From positions 91,018 through 155,017 of the forward strand of contig CAYGLK010000001.1 in assembly GCA_964350985.1 (NCBI GenBank): a stretch of 64,000 nt of DNA, read 5' to 3'. The translations under genes and the position numbers were made by a program. Under the pieces are notes generated by a model that made no database searches, was not told the origin of the DNA, and saw only the letters and a program-made list of their open reading frames with translations. Source of the DNA: an uncultured Candidatus Saccharibacteria bacterium (GTDB lineage Bacteria > Patescibacteriota > Minisyncoccia > Phycocordibacterales > UBA918). Below, piece after piece: positions 9,797 to 19,062 of the stretch. The first letter of the stretch is position 1; every line of letters starts with the position of its first letter.

Positions 9797-10066
9797 ATGA
9801 ACACAATTAAACTACAGAATCGTGGCACTTTAACTTTACCTAAAAAAATTCGTGAAGTTTTAGGTTTAGCTGATGGCTCAATCCTGCAAGTGTCTTCTGA
9901 CAAAAATAGAATTATTTTGGAAAAAATTACGACAGTTTCCTCAGATGATTCAGAACTACTGGGAGATATTAAACAGTCTTTGGCTGATATTAAGAAAGGT
10001 GATTTTATTGAGTTTAGCTCAATAAATGAATTTAAAAAGAAAGCTAAAGCTTATGGTGAAAATTAG
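9797..10066 (+). CDS. AbrB/MazE/SpoVT family antitoxin
   Basis: KLQNRGTLTLPKKIREVLGLADGSIL...RIIL swapped-hairpin pattern; overlaps the downstream toxin start. Confidence 0.88.
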   Translation: MNTIKLQNRGTLTLPKKIREVLGLADGSILQVSSDKNRIILEKITTVSSDDSELLGDIKQSLADIKKGDFIEFSSINEFKKKAKAYGEN

Positions 10067-10301
10067 GATATCTAAGACAGCTTTAAAACAATATCAAAAT
10101 CTTTCTCCTGAACTAAAGAAAAAAACTGATAAGCAATTTGCCTATCTTTTGTCAGACCATAAACATCCTTCACTGAAAGCAAAAAAGTATCGTACAGAAG
10201 ATGATCTCTGGCAGGCGCGTATTGATCGTAATTGGCGTTTTTATTTCTTCGTTGTGTCACCAAACTATTTGATTGTTTCTATCATAGCTCATCCAAAGTA
10301 A
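10053..10301 (+). CDS. RelE/ParE superfamily toxin
   Basis: 82-aa basic protein with HPSLKAKKY...WQARIDRNWRFYF...IIAHPK; coupled to the antitoxin. Confidence 0.85.
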   Translation: MVKIRISKTALKQYQNLSPELKKKTDKQFAYLLSDHKHPSLKAKKYRTEDDLWQARIDRNWRFYFFVVSPNYLIVSIIAHPK

Positions 10302-10337
10302 AATGAACAAATGCCAATAGGGCATATTGTGAATTTT

Positions 10338-10377
10338 GTTCCGAGTTTGGCCCTTTCCTAGGCCAAACTCCTGGAAC
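10338..10377. repeat. GTTCC...GGAAC hairpin (family B, copy 2)
   Basis: (AATTTT)GTTCC-GAGTTTGGCC-ctttccta-GGCCAAACTC-ct-GGAAC. Confidence 0.55.
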
Positions 10378-10454
10378 CGGAACTCCAATGCTAAGTCAGA
10401 ACAATATTTATTTAGGTAAAGTTGCTATTCTGATACTAAAGTGTAAAATCGTTT

Positions 10455-10650
10455 TTAACTGTCTCCATACCTGTAGAGGTAGGCGGGTGCCAACGTCCGC
10501 TATAACGCTTCAAACAGTTCCCATGTCTGGAAAGATCGAGCGGCACTTTTCAGAATGTTGGTTTGGTTTCAGCCAGGTATCAGAGCTGGCTTGTCCGCTC
10601 CCGAACCGAAGGCGTCAGATGCTTGTACCCTTGTATCTGCCGCCTTTTTT
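10455..10650 (+). ncRNA. candidate structured non-coding RNA (alternative: 44-aa ORF from 10523)
   Basis: Own promoter TTGCTA-16-TAAAAT (10422-10449), nested helices, terminator 10609-10650. Confidence 0.4.
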
Positions 10651-10658
10651 AATATAAA

Positions 10659-10688
10659 AAAACCGCATGCCTAGGCATGCGGTTTTTG
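10659..10688 (-). terminator. palindromic terminator of rnr
   Basis: AAAACCGCATGCCT|AGGCATGCGGTTTT flanked by A and T tracts. Confidence 0.8.
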
Positions 10689-10705
10689 TTTTTCTGCTTG
10701 TTTTA

Positions 10706-12649
10706 TTATTTCGTGATCAACTCAAAATCCAATTGCCTTGCTTCTTTGTCAGCATTGATCAGCTTCACAGTCACAGGATCACCAAGTTGGTAAATCTTGC
10801 CTGTCTTTTGGCCTTTGATTCGATACTTACTAGCTTCGTGTTCGAAGTAATCACTCTTGATTGAAGCTAGACGTACCATACCGTCAGCTAAACAAGTAGA
10901 CTCTTGAACGTAAAGACCCCAGTCAGTTACTCCAGTAATTACACCAGTGAAAGTTTCTCCAACTTTGTTCATTAAGTATTCTACTTGCTTGAACTTAATT
11001 GAGTCTCGTTCAGCTGTCACAGCTTCCATTTCACGTTGTGAAGACTTCACTGCCATTTGTTCATACTTAGCTACTTCTTTAGGTCCAATGAATTCTCCGT
11101 CTAAGTGCTTCCTGAGCATTCGGTGAGCCATCAAGTCTGGGTAGCGACGAATAGGGGAAGTGAAGTGAGTGTAGAACTTGAAGGCTAGTCCAAAGTGACC
11201 AATGTTCTTAGTTGAGTAGACGGCTTTAGCCATAGTTCGGATACTGGCGGTCTTAATGAGGTCAGCCTCAGGTTTGCCTTCAACTTGCTTTAGGAGGTTA
11301 TTGATAGCTGTTGCTTTAACAATACCTTTATGAGTTTCAAACTCGTAACCAATCGCCTTTAGGAAAGTCGCTAGTTCTTCTACTTTGTCTGGATTAGGGA
11401 CATCGTGAATTCTGTAAATAAAAGCCAAATCTTTATTCTTGTCTTTCGACATATCATAAATGTAGGTAGCAACCTCACGGTTAGCCAAAAGCATAAAGTC
11501 TTCGATCATGAGCATCGTCTCAACTCTTTCTTTTTTGTAGGCTCGGATTGGTGCTCCTCGCTCATCGAGTTCAAACTTTACTTCCGCTGATTCAAAAGCA
11601 ATCGCTCCTGAGGCAAAGCGCTTCTTTCGAAGTTTGCGTCCAAGTGTCATCAGGGTATTTAAATCTTCGAGGTGAGGACCTGACTGCTTGTCTAATACTT
11701 CTTGAGCTTCTTCATAACTGAAACGTTTGTCTGAGTGAATGACAGTTTGTCCATACCAAGCGTTAGCGATATCAGAGTCTGGAGTCAGTTCAAAAATAGC
11801 TGAGAAAGCTAAACGATCTTCGTTTGGCCGAAGTGAACATAAGTCGTTACTAAGGATTTCTGGAAGCATCGGAATTACTCGGTCTACTAAGTAAACAGAA
11901 GTAGCTCTGTCTTTTGCTTCGATATCAATGCCATCATTGTCTCGTACATAATGAGATACGTCAGCAATATGGATTCCAATCTCAAAGTTACCAGAAGGCA
12001 ATTTTCGACAAGACAAAGCATCGTCAAAGTCTTTTGCGTCCGCTGGGTCGATAGTCATTGTCATTACGTCGCGCATGTCACGACGTTTAGGGTCTTTTAG
12101 AGCGTCCGCAAAAATCTGTTCTTTGGTATTAAATAATTCTTGAGCGGCTTTTTGAACTGACTCTGGAAAGTCTTTTGAGAAACCACCGCTACGAATAATA
12201 GCTTGCATTTCAGTTTCGTGATCACCAGCGTGCCCGAGAGTTTCAGTGATCTTGGCAGTTGGATCAAGTAGTGGTTGAGTCCAAGAAGTGACTTCAACTA
12301 CCACTTTCATCCCTAGGTCATTTTTAGAAGCTGTGGGAACTAGAGGTCTGATATGGATTCTTCCGTTGTCTGGAAGGAAAAAGAGAACTGGCTTACCATC
12401 GACTTTCTTTTCTTTAATAATACCGATTAATTCACGGTAGGCAGCCTTCACTACACGAACCACTTCACCTTCCTGGCGTTTACCAGGAACTTTATTCTTT
12501 AGTTTAAGCTCTACAATGTCACCATCGAGCGCGAAGCCTAAGGCTTCGCGCTCGATCACAATATCTTCTTCTAGGTCAGGATGATTAACAAAACCTGTCC
12601 CTTTCCCTCGAACCATAATGATTCCTTCGTATGTATTAGCGTTATTCAT
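10706..12649 (-). CDS. rnr: ribonuclease R
   Basis: TIDPADAKDFDDA, HIADVSHYV, HFGL..YTHFTSPIRRYPDL, C-terminal S1 domain. Confidence 0.96.
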   Translation of the reverse strand: MNNANTYEGIIMVRGKGTGFVNHPDLEEDIVIEREALGFALDGDIVELKLKNKVPGKRQEGEVVRVVKAAYRELIGIIKEKKVDGKPVLFFLPDNGRIHIRPLVPTASKNDLGMKVVVEVTSWTQPLLDPTAKITETLGHAGDHETEMQAIIRSGGFSKDFPESVQKAAQELFNTKEQIFADALKDPKRRDMRDVMTMTIDPADAKDFDDALSCRKLPSGNFEIGIHIADVSHYVRDNDGIDIEAKDRATSVYLVDRVIPMLPEILSNDLCSLRPNEDRLAFSAIFELTPDSDIANAWYGQTVIHSDKRFSYEEAQEVLDKQSGPHLEDLNTLMTLGRKLRKKRFASGAIAFESAEVKFELDERGAPIRAYKKERVETMLMIEDFMLLANREVATYIYDMSKDKNKDLAFIYRIHDVPNPDKVEELATFLKAIGYEFETHKGIVKATAINNLLKQVEGKPEADLIKTASIRTMAKAVYSTKNIGHFGLAFKFYTHFTSPIRRYPDLMAHRMLRKHLDGEFIGPKEVAKYEQMAVKSSQREMEAVTAERDSIKFKQVEYLMNKVGETFTGVITGVTDWGLYVQESTCLADGMVRLASIKSDYFEHEASKYRIKGQKTGKIYQLGDPVTVKLINADKEARQLDFELITK

Positions 12650-12687
12650 TGGTGGCAGTATAGCATTAGGACCTTAATTTACCAGTG

Positions 12688-12811
12688 GGGGACCTACACA
12701 AACGACACATTTCTTCGTTGTCCGGCGTAAAATATTCCTCACCGTACAATCGGTACGACTCGTCTTATTTTACTAGGACGTCTCGAACTGTATTCGCTTG
12801 TGTTGGTCTCC
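12688..12811 (+). repeat. long covarying hairpin element, family A copy 1
   Basis: GACCtACACAA..TTC-ttcgtt-GTCC..GTAAAATA..tcac-CGTAC-aatcg-GTACG..TATTTTAC..GGAC-gtctc-GAA..TTGTGTtGGTC. Confidence 0.85.
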
Positions 12812-12887
12812 TAAGACACTTTCACTTTGAGTTTGGCGGTTCTACCTATTGACCAAATTTATTCTATCTGCTACTCTAGCGCCACTT

Positions 12888-13376
12888 ATGTTAATGATGC
12901 GTTTACAACGAATTGGTCGCAAAAACGACCCCTCTTACCGTTTGGTTGTCGTAGACAAGCGAACTGGTCCTAAGAGTAACAAGCACATAGATCACTTGGG
13001 TTCTTATAATCCTAAGCAAGGTCAGGTGCAGATTGATGCTGTTAAGGCAAAAGATTGGTTGAGTAAAGGAGTACAAGCTTCTGACACAGTTCACAATCTT
13101 TTAATTACTCACAAGGTTATTGAAGGTAAGAAGCGAAACGCTCTACCACGAAAGACACCTATTATTGATGAAGCTAAAGTAAAGGCAGAAGCTGAGGCAA
13201 AAGAAAAAGCTGAAGCAGACGCAAAAGCTGCTGCAGAAGCAGCTGAGGCGGCAAAGAACGCTCCAGTAGAAGAAACTCCAGCCGCTGAGGAAACTCCAGC
13301 TGAAGAGCCAAAAGCTGAAGAAGCTCCAGAAGAGACACCTGCTGAAGAGCCAAAGAAAGAAGAAGCAGCTGCTTAA
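12888..13376 (+). CDS. rpsP: 30S ribosomal protein S16 with acidic Ala/Glu/Pro C-terminal tail
   Basis: MRLQRIGRKNDPSYRLVV..LGSYNP..WLSKGVQASDTV; EETPA repeats. Confidence 0.96.
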   Translation: MLMMRLQRIGRKNDPSYRLVVVDKRTGPKSNKHIDHLGSYNPKQGQVQIDAVKAKDWLSKGVQASDTVHNLLITHKVIEGKKRNALPRKTPIIDEAKVKAEAEAKEKAEADAKAAAEAAEAAKNAPVEETPAAEETPAEEPKAEEAPEETPAEEPKKEEAAA

Positions 13377-13518
13377 GTATACAAAAGCTAAATACTAGCT
13401 TGCACCAAATCGGGATTTACTCCCGTTTTTTTGTTGACGGTACTAATCTATTCTCGTATTATTATAAAAGCAGCACCACAAACGGAGCGTGCTTACCAGA
13501 ATACTAAAATATTGATGT

Positions 13519-13872
13519 ATGGATACCCACGAAGATAAGCAATTTCTTGAGACTTTAGTAAAATCATTGGTTGATCACCCTGAAGCTGTCAAAATTAATC
13601 GGACAGTAGATGAGATGGGAGTTTTGTTGATGTTAGATGTACACGCTGAAGATATGGGGAAGATTATCGGCCGTTCAGGTAATACAGCCAAAGCGATAAG
13701 AACTTTACTTCGAGTAGTAGGAATGAAGCATGACGCTCGAGTAAATCTAAAGATCAATGAACCAGAAGGAGGACGAGGAATGAATAGTGAAATGAGTGAA
13801 GCGATGCGAGAGGATAATTTGGCTACTGAGCCTAAATCACTCGACCAGGCCATAGAAGACCTAAAGATTTAA
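13519..13872 (+). CDS. khpA: KH-domain RNA-binding protein KhpA (UPF0109)
   Basis: LVDHPEAV...DMGKIIGRSGNTAKAIRTLL; lies between rpsP and trmD. Confidence 0.93.
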   Translation: MDTHEDKQFLETLVKSLVDHPEAVKINRTVDEMGVLLMLDVHAEDMGKIIGRSGNTAKAIRTLLRVVGMKHDARVNLKINEPEGGRGMNSEMSEAMREDNLATEPKSLDQAIEDLKI

Positions 13873-13985
13873 TACTGGAAAATTTCTTTGTTGGACTACA
13901 AAATTTTTCGGTCAAAGTACTATTCGTACATTTCTCTCAAAATTTTTTGTCCGCCTCGAAATTTTCACAGTCTAAATCTTTAGGT
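13859..13985 (+). repeat. long covarying hairpin element, family A copy 2
   Basis: ACCTAAAGATTTA..TTC-tttgtt-GGAC..AAAATTTT..tcaa-aGTAC-tattc-GTACa..AAAATTTT..GTCC-gcctc-GAA..TAAATCTTTAGGT; the left arm is the khpA 3' end. Confidence 0.85.
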
Positions 13986-14000
13986 TTGTAAGAGTATACA

Positions 14001-14030
14001 AAAGCCCCGGCGCTACGCGCCGGGGCTTTT
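14001..14030 (+). terminator. intrinsic terminator after khpA
   Basis: AAAGCCCCGGCG-ctacg-CGCCGGGGCTTTT. Confidence 0.8.
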
Positions 14031-14049
14031 GTATGCTAGGATTTTATCA

Positions 14050-14730
14050 ATGCATTTTCATATCATCTCAATCTTTCCAGAATTGTGTCAAACCTACCTA
14101 GAGGCAGGTGTTCTTGGACGGGCGCAAAAAACAGACAAAGGGCAGGGGGCAAAGATACGCGGTAAAAAGATGTCGGTTTCATATTACAATCCTCGTGACT
14201 ACTCTAGCGATGCTCGAAAGCGAATCGATGATCGTCCATACGGTGGTGGTCCAGGTATGGTGATGCAAGCATTGCCAATAGTCCAGGCTTGGGCTGCAGC
14301 AGTAGGAAGGAAGCGTGACCAGAAAAAGGTTAAGACTTTAATCATGTCTCCACGCGGTACGACCTTCACTCAAGCTAAGGCTAAAGAATACGCCAAGAAG
14401 TATGATCATCTGGTTTTAATAAGTGGACGCTATGAAGGGATTGATGATAGAGCGAGGCAAATACTCAACGCTGAAGAAATATCAGTGGGTGATTATGTCC
14501 TGACAGGCGGAGAGTTACCAGCTCTGACTATCATTGACGCAACTGCCAGACAAATCCATGGAGTACTCGGTACCTTTGAATCTTTGGAGGACGAACGTGA
14601 TACAAATGGGGAAGCTTACACTCGCCCCGAAGTTTTTAAATATAAAGGGAAGACTCACTCAGTCCCCAAGGTTTTAGTTGAAGGCAATCATAAAGAGATA
14701 GATAAGTGGCGTTCGGGCAAGGGGAAGTAG
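14050..14730 (+). CDS. trmD: tRNA (guanine-N1)-methyltransferase
   Basis: DDRPYGGGPGMVM, SGRYEGIDDR, ISVGDYVLTGGELPA, YTRP. Confidence 0.97.
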   Translation: MHFHIISIFPELCQTYLEAGVLGRAQKTDKGQGAKIRGKKMSVSYYNPRDYSSDARKRIDDRPYGGGPGMVMQALPIVQAWAAAVGRKRDQKKVKTLIMSPRGTTFTQAKAKEYAKKYDHLVLISGRYEGIDDRARQILNAEEISVGDYVLTGGELPALTIIDATARQIHGVLGTFESLEDERDTNGEAYTRPEVFKYKGKTHSVPKVLVEGNHKEIDKWRSGKGK

Positions 14731-14802
14731 CGTTTATTTTGACGATTTGAGTAATTTATAATATAAAGCACTGGTGCAATAAGGCACTACAGGGAGTTGT
14801 CC

Positions 14803-15165
14803 ATGCAAGTTTACTTGTCGCGACGCGTCAGTTCATTTTATTCTGACGTGACCCATATTCCGATTTCGACACTCTTGCGGTGTCTCAGGAACGGGCGGTA
14901 TGTCTTGGCGGAAAAGACAGACTCCGGTCCTGCGGAGATGATTGTCATCATTTGGGACTGCAAGATTCGGCTGCCAATTGTGCTCATCTTGATTGATGAC
15001 CAAAAGGGCAAGTGGAAGGTAACCAGGCTTTTTAAGCTTTTGCCTGGAAAGAAAACCCTTGGTCGTCGCAGAGTACCGGTATCACCTTACTGGGCTGGTC
15101 ACGCAAAGGTGATGAGTAACCGGTCTGCCAAACGCAGAGATCAACGGCCCTGCAGACGGGCCTAA
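14803..15165 (+). CDS. orphan basic protein, paralog of downstream gene
   Basis: SD AGGGAG 6 nt before ATG; shares RY..WDC..P pattern with 15242..15586. Confidence 0.7.
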   Translation: MQVYLSRRVSSFYSDVTHIPISTLLRCLRNGRYVLAEKTDSGPAEMIVIIWDCKIRLPIVLILIDDQKGKWKVTRLFKLLPGKKTLGRRRVPVSPYWAGHAKVMSNRSAKRRDQRPCRRA

Positions 15166-15241
15166 GTTCTTTTTGGTCTAAGTCCAGGTAAATGCGTAGC
15201 GTTTGCCTGGACAAGGGCCTCTAACTAATGGGGGAGCTGAG

Positions 15242-15586
15242 ATGAAAGCTAAATTGAAGCCAGGTCACGCCATTGAACAACTGAGAGCCAGGACTTCTCT
15301 TAGAGCTAAAACAGTAAGAAGGTGGCTTAAGGAAGATCGCTACATTGTGCTTCCCGGTACACGAAGATCTGTGGCAAATATTGGGATACTGATGTGGGAC
15401 TGTTTTGGACACCAACCAGTCATAATAGTTCTTTTGAAATCCATGGATACATATGTGGTTAAGACAGTCATGGTTCCAAGCAAAGGTAGGCGCTGGAACG
15501 GACGTCTGGTGGAAACTGATTGGAATATCAAACAAGTCAAACAACTTTGTACACTAGAATCAGCTGAAAAAACAAGGAAGAGTTGA
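15242..15586 (+). CDS. orphan basic protein, possible BECR/RelE-like RNase fold
   Basis: SD GGGGAG; HAIEQLRART near N-terminus and VVKTV near C-terminus. Confidence 0.65.
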   Translation: MKAKLKPGHAIEQLRARTSLRAKTVRRWLKEDRYIVLPGTRRSVANIGILMWDCFGHQPVIIVLLKSMDTYVVKTVMVPSKGRRWNGRLVETDWNIKQVKQLCTLESAEKTRKS

Positions 15587-15636
15587 AACCCCTGAGTAAA
15601 GCAAACGCGTGCGTTTGCTTTACTCAGGGGTTTTTC
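15586..15636 (+). terminator. 23-bp perfect-stem terminator
   Basis: AAACCCCTGAGTAAAGCAAACGC-gt-GCGTTTGCTTTACTCAGGGGTTT followed by more T. Confidence 0.85.
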
Positions 15637-15664
15637 TTGCTTAATTCTCCAGATTTGTTATAAT
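15637..15664 (+). promoter_or_regulatory. putative rpoBC promoter
   Basis: TTGCTT-16-TATAAT with TG extension, about 165 nt upstream of rpoB. Confidence 0.6.
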
Positions 15665-15833
15665 CCCGCCACATACGTAAAGAGGTCTCGGGTGAGTTAT
15701 GGTTGGGAGATGATTTCGTGTCGCACACAAGCAATTGATGTCGATATTAATAAAATAAAACAAACGGGTTGATAAAGCGCACGTAGCGCGTTTTGCTGTT
15801 CGTTTGTTAGGGGTAATAATCATTTAGTGTTTT

Positions 15834-18800
15834 ATGGATACAACACATAAGGATCGTACAATCTCAGTTGGTAATTTACCTCAAAAGCGGTTTGAGGTTA
15901 GTCCACAGCCGAGAATTCCATTACCAGATTTGATCGAACCACAACACGAGTCATATCGTTGGTTCATCGAAACAGCTCTTAAAGAAATCTTTACCGAGTT
16001 TTCACCTATCAGTGACTACTCAGAAAAGAAATTTGAATTAAAGTTTAAGAAGTATGAACTTGGTTCACCTAAATGTACTCCAGAGCAAGCTAAAGAAAAT
16101 AAACTAACTTACGAAGCTCCACTACGAGCGCACGTGATTTTGAAGAACAAAACTTTTGAATCTGACAAGGATCAAGAGATTTTCATGACGGACCTACCAG
16201 TAATGACTGAGCAAGGAACTTTCATCATCAATGGTGTAGAAAGAGTTATTGTGCCTCAGCTAGCACGTTCTTACGGTATCTTCTTTACTCAAGCTGAATC
16301 AAAAGGAAAAACACTTTTTGGTGCCAAGATTATTCCAGCTCGTGGCGCTTGGGTAGAAATCGAATCTGAAGCAGACGGAGTTATCTATGTAAAGATCGAC
16401 CGAAAGAAGAAATTCCCAATCTCTTCTCTTTTGCGCGTTCTTGGTGTTGATAAGGAAAAGGACATGATTGAGCTTGTGAAAGGTGTACCTCGAGGAGAGG
16501 AATACCTAAAGGCGACAATCGCTAAGGACCCAGCTCTAACTAAAGACGAGTCTTATATTGAAATCTACAAGCGTCTACGTGACGGGGACTTAGCTACTGT
16601 TGATAACGCTCGAGACTTTGTTAATTCTATTTTTGCTCCAGAACGCTACGACCTTTCTGAAATCGGACGACACCACTTCAACGAACGATTTGGCCGACCA
16701 ATCGACAAAAAAGCTACTGACGAACGAACTATCTCAATTGAAGATATGCGTTTGATCATGACTCACATCATCACTCAAAACCACGAACCAGGTGCTTTGG
16801 CTGACGATATCGACCACCTAGGATTCCGACGAGTACGATACTTTGGTGAAATGCTCCAACAACGAGTGCGTGTTGGTATGACTCGAATGAAGCGAAATAT
16901 TCAAGACAGAATGTCTACTATCGAAGCGGAAACTTCTTTGCCGATGCAGATCATCAACCCACGTCCGCTACAAGCTGCGATTAAAGAATTTTTCAGTACT
17001 AACCAGCTTTCTCAATTCTCACAACAACAAAACATCCTAGCTGAGATTGAACACTTGCGTACTTTGTCTGCTTTAGGTCCTGGTGGACTTACTCGAGAAC
17101 GAGCTAGTTTTGAAGTACGTGACATTCACCCAAGTCACTATGGTCGTCTTTGCCCAATCCACACACCAGAAGGTCCAAACATTGGTTTGATCTTGCGTCT
17201 TTCAATGTACTCAAGAGTAAACCGTTTCGGTATCATCGAAACTCCTTACGCTAAAGTAGAAAAGGGAGTTGTTACTGACGAGATCGTTTACTTCAATGCT
17301 CATGAAGAAGAAAAGTTCAACATTGCCCATGCGGCGATTGAACTTGATTCACACGGAAAGATTAAGTCTGACTTTGTCGAAGCTCGAAAGAAAGGTGACC
17401 CAAGAATGATTGCCCGAAAAGATGTTGAATACATCGATATTGCAACTAACCAACCTTTCTCAGTAGCGACTTCAATGATTCCTTTTTTGAATCACGACGA
17501 CGCCAACCGTACTCTGATGGGTTCAAACATGCAGAAGCAGGCGACTCCTTGTCTAGTACAAGAGGCGCCGTTGGTTGCGACTGGAGTAGAAGGAATGGTA
17601 GCTCGAGATACAAGTCGAGTGATCTTTGCTAGTGAAGCTGGAGAAGTGGTGGAGTGTGACGCTCGTCATGTTGTAGTTAAGGATAAAGACGGAAAGAAGA
17701 AAGACTATCCTTTAACAACTTTTCAACGAACAAACGACTTCTCTGCTTTCTATCACCGTCCCGCTGTAACTGTTGGAAAGAAGGTTAAGCGAGGAGACTT
17801 GCTAGCTGATACATCATCAACTGACAATGGTCAGATTGCGGTAGGGCAAAATGCTCTAGTAGCTTTTATGAGTTGGAATGGTGCTAACTACGAGGATGCG
17901 ATTGTTATTTCAGAAAGACTCGTAAAGCAAAGTAAATTCTCAACCGTACACTTAGACGAACTTGATGTTTCTGTTCGAGATACAAAGTTAGGTCCAGAAG
18001 TAACTTCTTCTGACATTCCTAATGTGTCTGAACTTAAACTACGAAACCTAGATGAAAACGGAATTATCCGCATCGGAGCTGAAGTACGACCAGGAGATAT
18101 TTTGGTTGGAAAGGTAACTCCAAAGGGAGAAACTCAACTAACTCCAGAAGAAAGACTACTACGTTCTATCTTTGGTGAGAAAGCTAAGGATGTTAAAGAT
18201 ACTTCTCTTCGACTCGAAGCAGGAAAGCGTGGTCGAGTAATTGGAGTAAAAATCTTCTCACGAGAAAACGGTGACCAACTAGAAAGTGGTGTTATCAAGC
18301 GAATCCACATTACTGTGGCGCAAGTTCGTAATGTTTCTGTTGGAGATAAGTTGGCTGGACGTCACGGAAACAAGGGAGTTATTTCTCGAATTCTTCCTGA
18401 AGAAGACATGCCATACACAGAAGACGGACAACCAATCGACCTACTTCTAACACCGCTTGGAGTACCTTCACGTATGAACCTTGGTCAGATTCTTGAGCTG
18501 CACTTAGGAATGGCTGCTAATACTCTTGGCTACCAAGCTATCGTACCGCCATTTGCTGGAGCATCAGAAACTCATGTTAAGGCTGAACTTAAAGCAGCTG
18601 GTCTACCAGAAGATGGAAAGATTCAACTACGTGATGGTTTGACTGGAGTCGAGTTTGCACAAAAGACAGCTGTTGGATACATGTATATCCTTAAGCTGCA
18701 CCACATGGTGGAAGACAAGATCCACATGCGATCAATTGGGCCGTACTCTCTTATTACTCAGCAGCCACTTGGAGGAAAGGCGCAGGTTGGAGGACAGCGA

Positions 18801-19052
18801 TTTGGAGAGATGGAAGTGTGGGCGCTACTTGGATATGGAGCGGCCTATACTTTGCGGGAAATGTTGACTATCAAGTCAGACGATATCGTGGGACGATCGG
18901 CTGCTTTTGACTCGATTGTTCGAGGTGAAAAGATCAGTCATCCACATACACCAGCTGCCTTTAACGTACTTATGAACCAGCTTCGAGGATTATCTCTTGA
19001 CGTCAAATTGACGAGAGCGGAGAAACCAAAGCGTGATTATGAATCTGCATAA
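15834..19052 (+). CDS. rpoB: RNA polymerase beta subunit
   Basis: FIINGVERV, SHYGRLCPIHTPEGPNIGL, GDKLAGRHGNKG, GGQRFGEME. Confidence 0.99.
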   Translation: MDTTHKDRTISVGNLPQKRFEVSPQPRIPLPDLIEPQHESYRWFIETALKEIFTEFSPISDYSEKKFELKFKKYELGSPKCTPEQAKENKLTYEAPLRAHVILKNKTFESDKDQEIFMTDLPVMTEQGTFIINGVERVIVPQLARSYGIFFTQAESKGKTLFGAKIIPARGAWVEIESEADGVIYVKIDRKKKFPISSLLRVLGVDKEKDMIELVKGVPRGEEYLKATIAKDPALTKDESYIEIYKRLRDGDLATVDNARDFVNSIFAPERYDLSEIGRHHFNERFGRPIDKKATDERTISIEDMRLIMTHIITQNHEPGALADDIDHLGFRRVRYFGEMLQQRVRVGMTRMKRNIQDRMSTIEAETSLPMQIINPRPLQAAIKEFFSTNQLSQFSQQQNILAEIEHLRTLSALGPGGLTRERASFEVRDIHPSHYGRLCPIHTPEGPNIGLILRLSMYSRVNRFGIIETPYAKVEKGVVTDEIVYFNAHEEEKFNIAHAAIELDSHGKIKSDFVEARKKGDPRMIARKDVEYIDIATNQPFSVATSMIPFLNHDDANRTLMGSNMQKQATPCLVQEAPLVATGVEGMVARDTSRVIFASEAGEVVECDARHVVVKDKDGKKKDYPLTTFQRTNDFSAFYHRPAVTVGKKVKRGDLLADTSSTDNGQIAVGQNALVAFMSWNGANYEDAIVISERLVKQSKFSTVHLDELDVSVRDTKLGPEVTSSDIPNVSELKLRNLDENGIIRIGAEVRPGDILVGKVTPKGETQLTPEERLLRSIFGEKAKDVKDTSLRLEAGKRGRVIGVKIFSRENGDQLESGVIKRIHITVAQVRNVSVGDKLAGRHGNKGVISRILPEEDMPYTEDGQPIDLLLTPLGVPSRMNLGQILELHLGMAANTLGYQAIVPPFAGASETHVKAELKAAGLPEDGKIQLRDGLTGVEFAQKTAVGYMYILKLHHMVEDKIHMRSIGPYSLITQQPLGGKAQVGGQRFGEMEVWALLGYGAAYTLREMLTIKSDDIVGRSAAFDSIVRGEKISHPHTPAAFNVLMNQLRGLSLDVKLTRAEKPKRDYESA

Positions 19053-19062
19053 ATAATTATCT

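Noticed and set aside
13200-13376. Repetitive DNA at the end of rpsP
   Set aside because: Simply encodes a low-complexity Ala/Glu/Pro tail, common on S16 in several phyla
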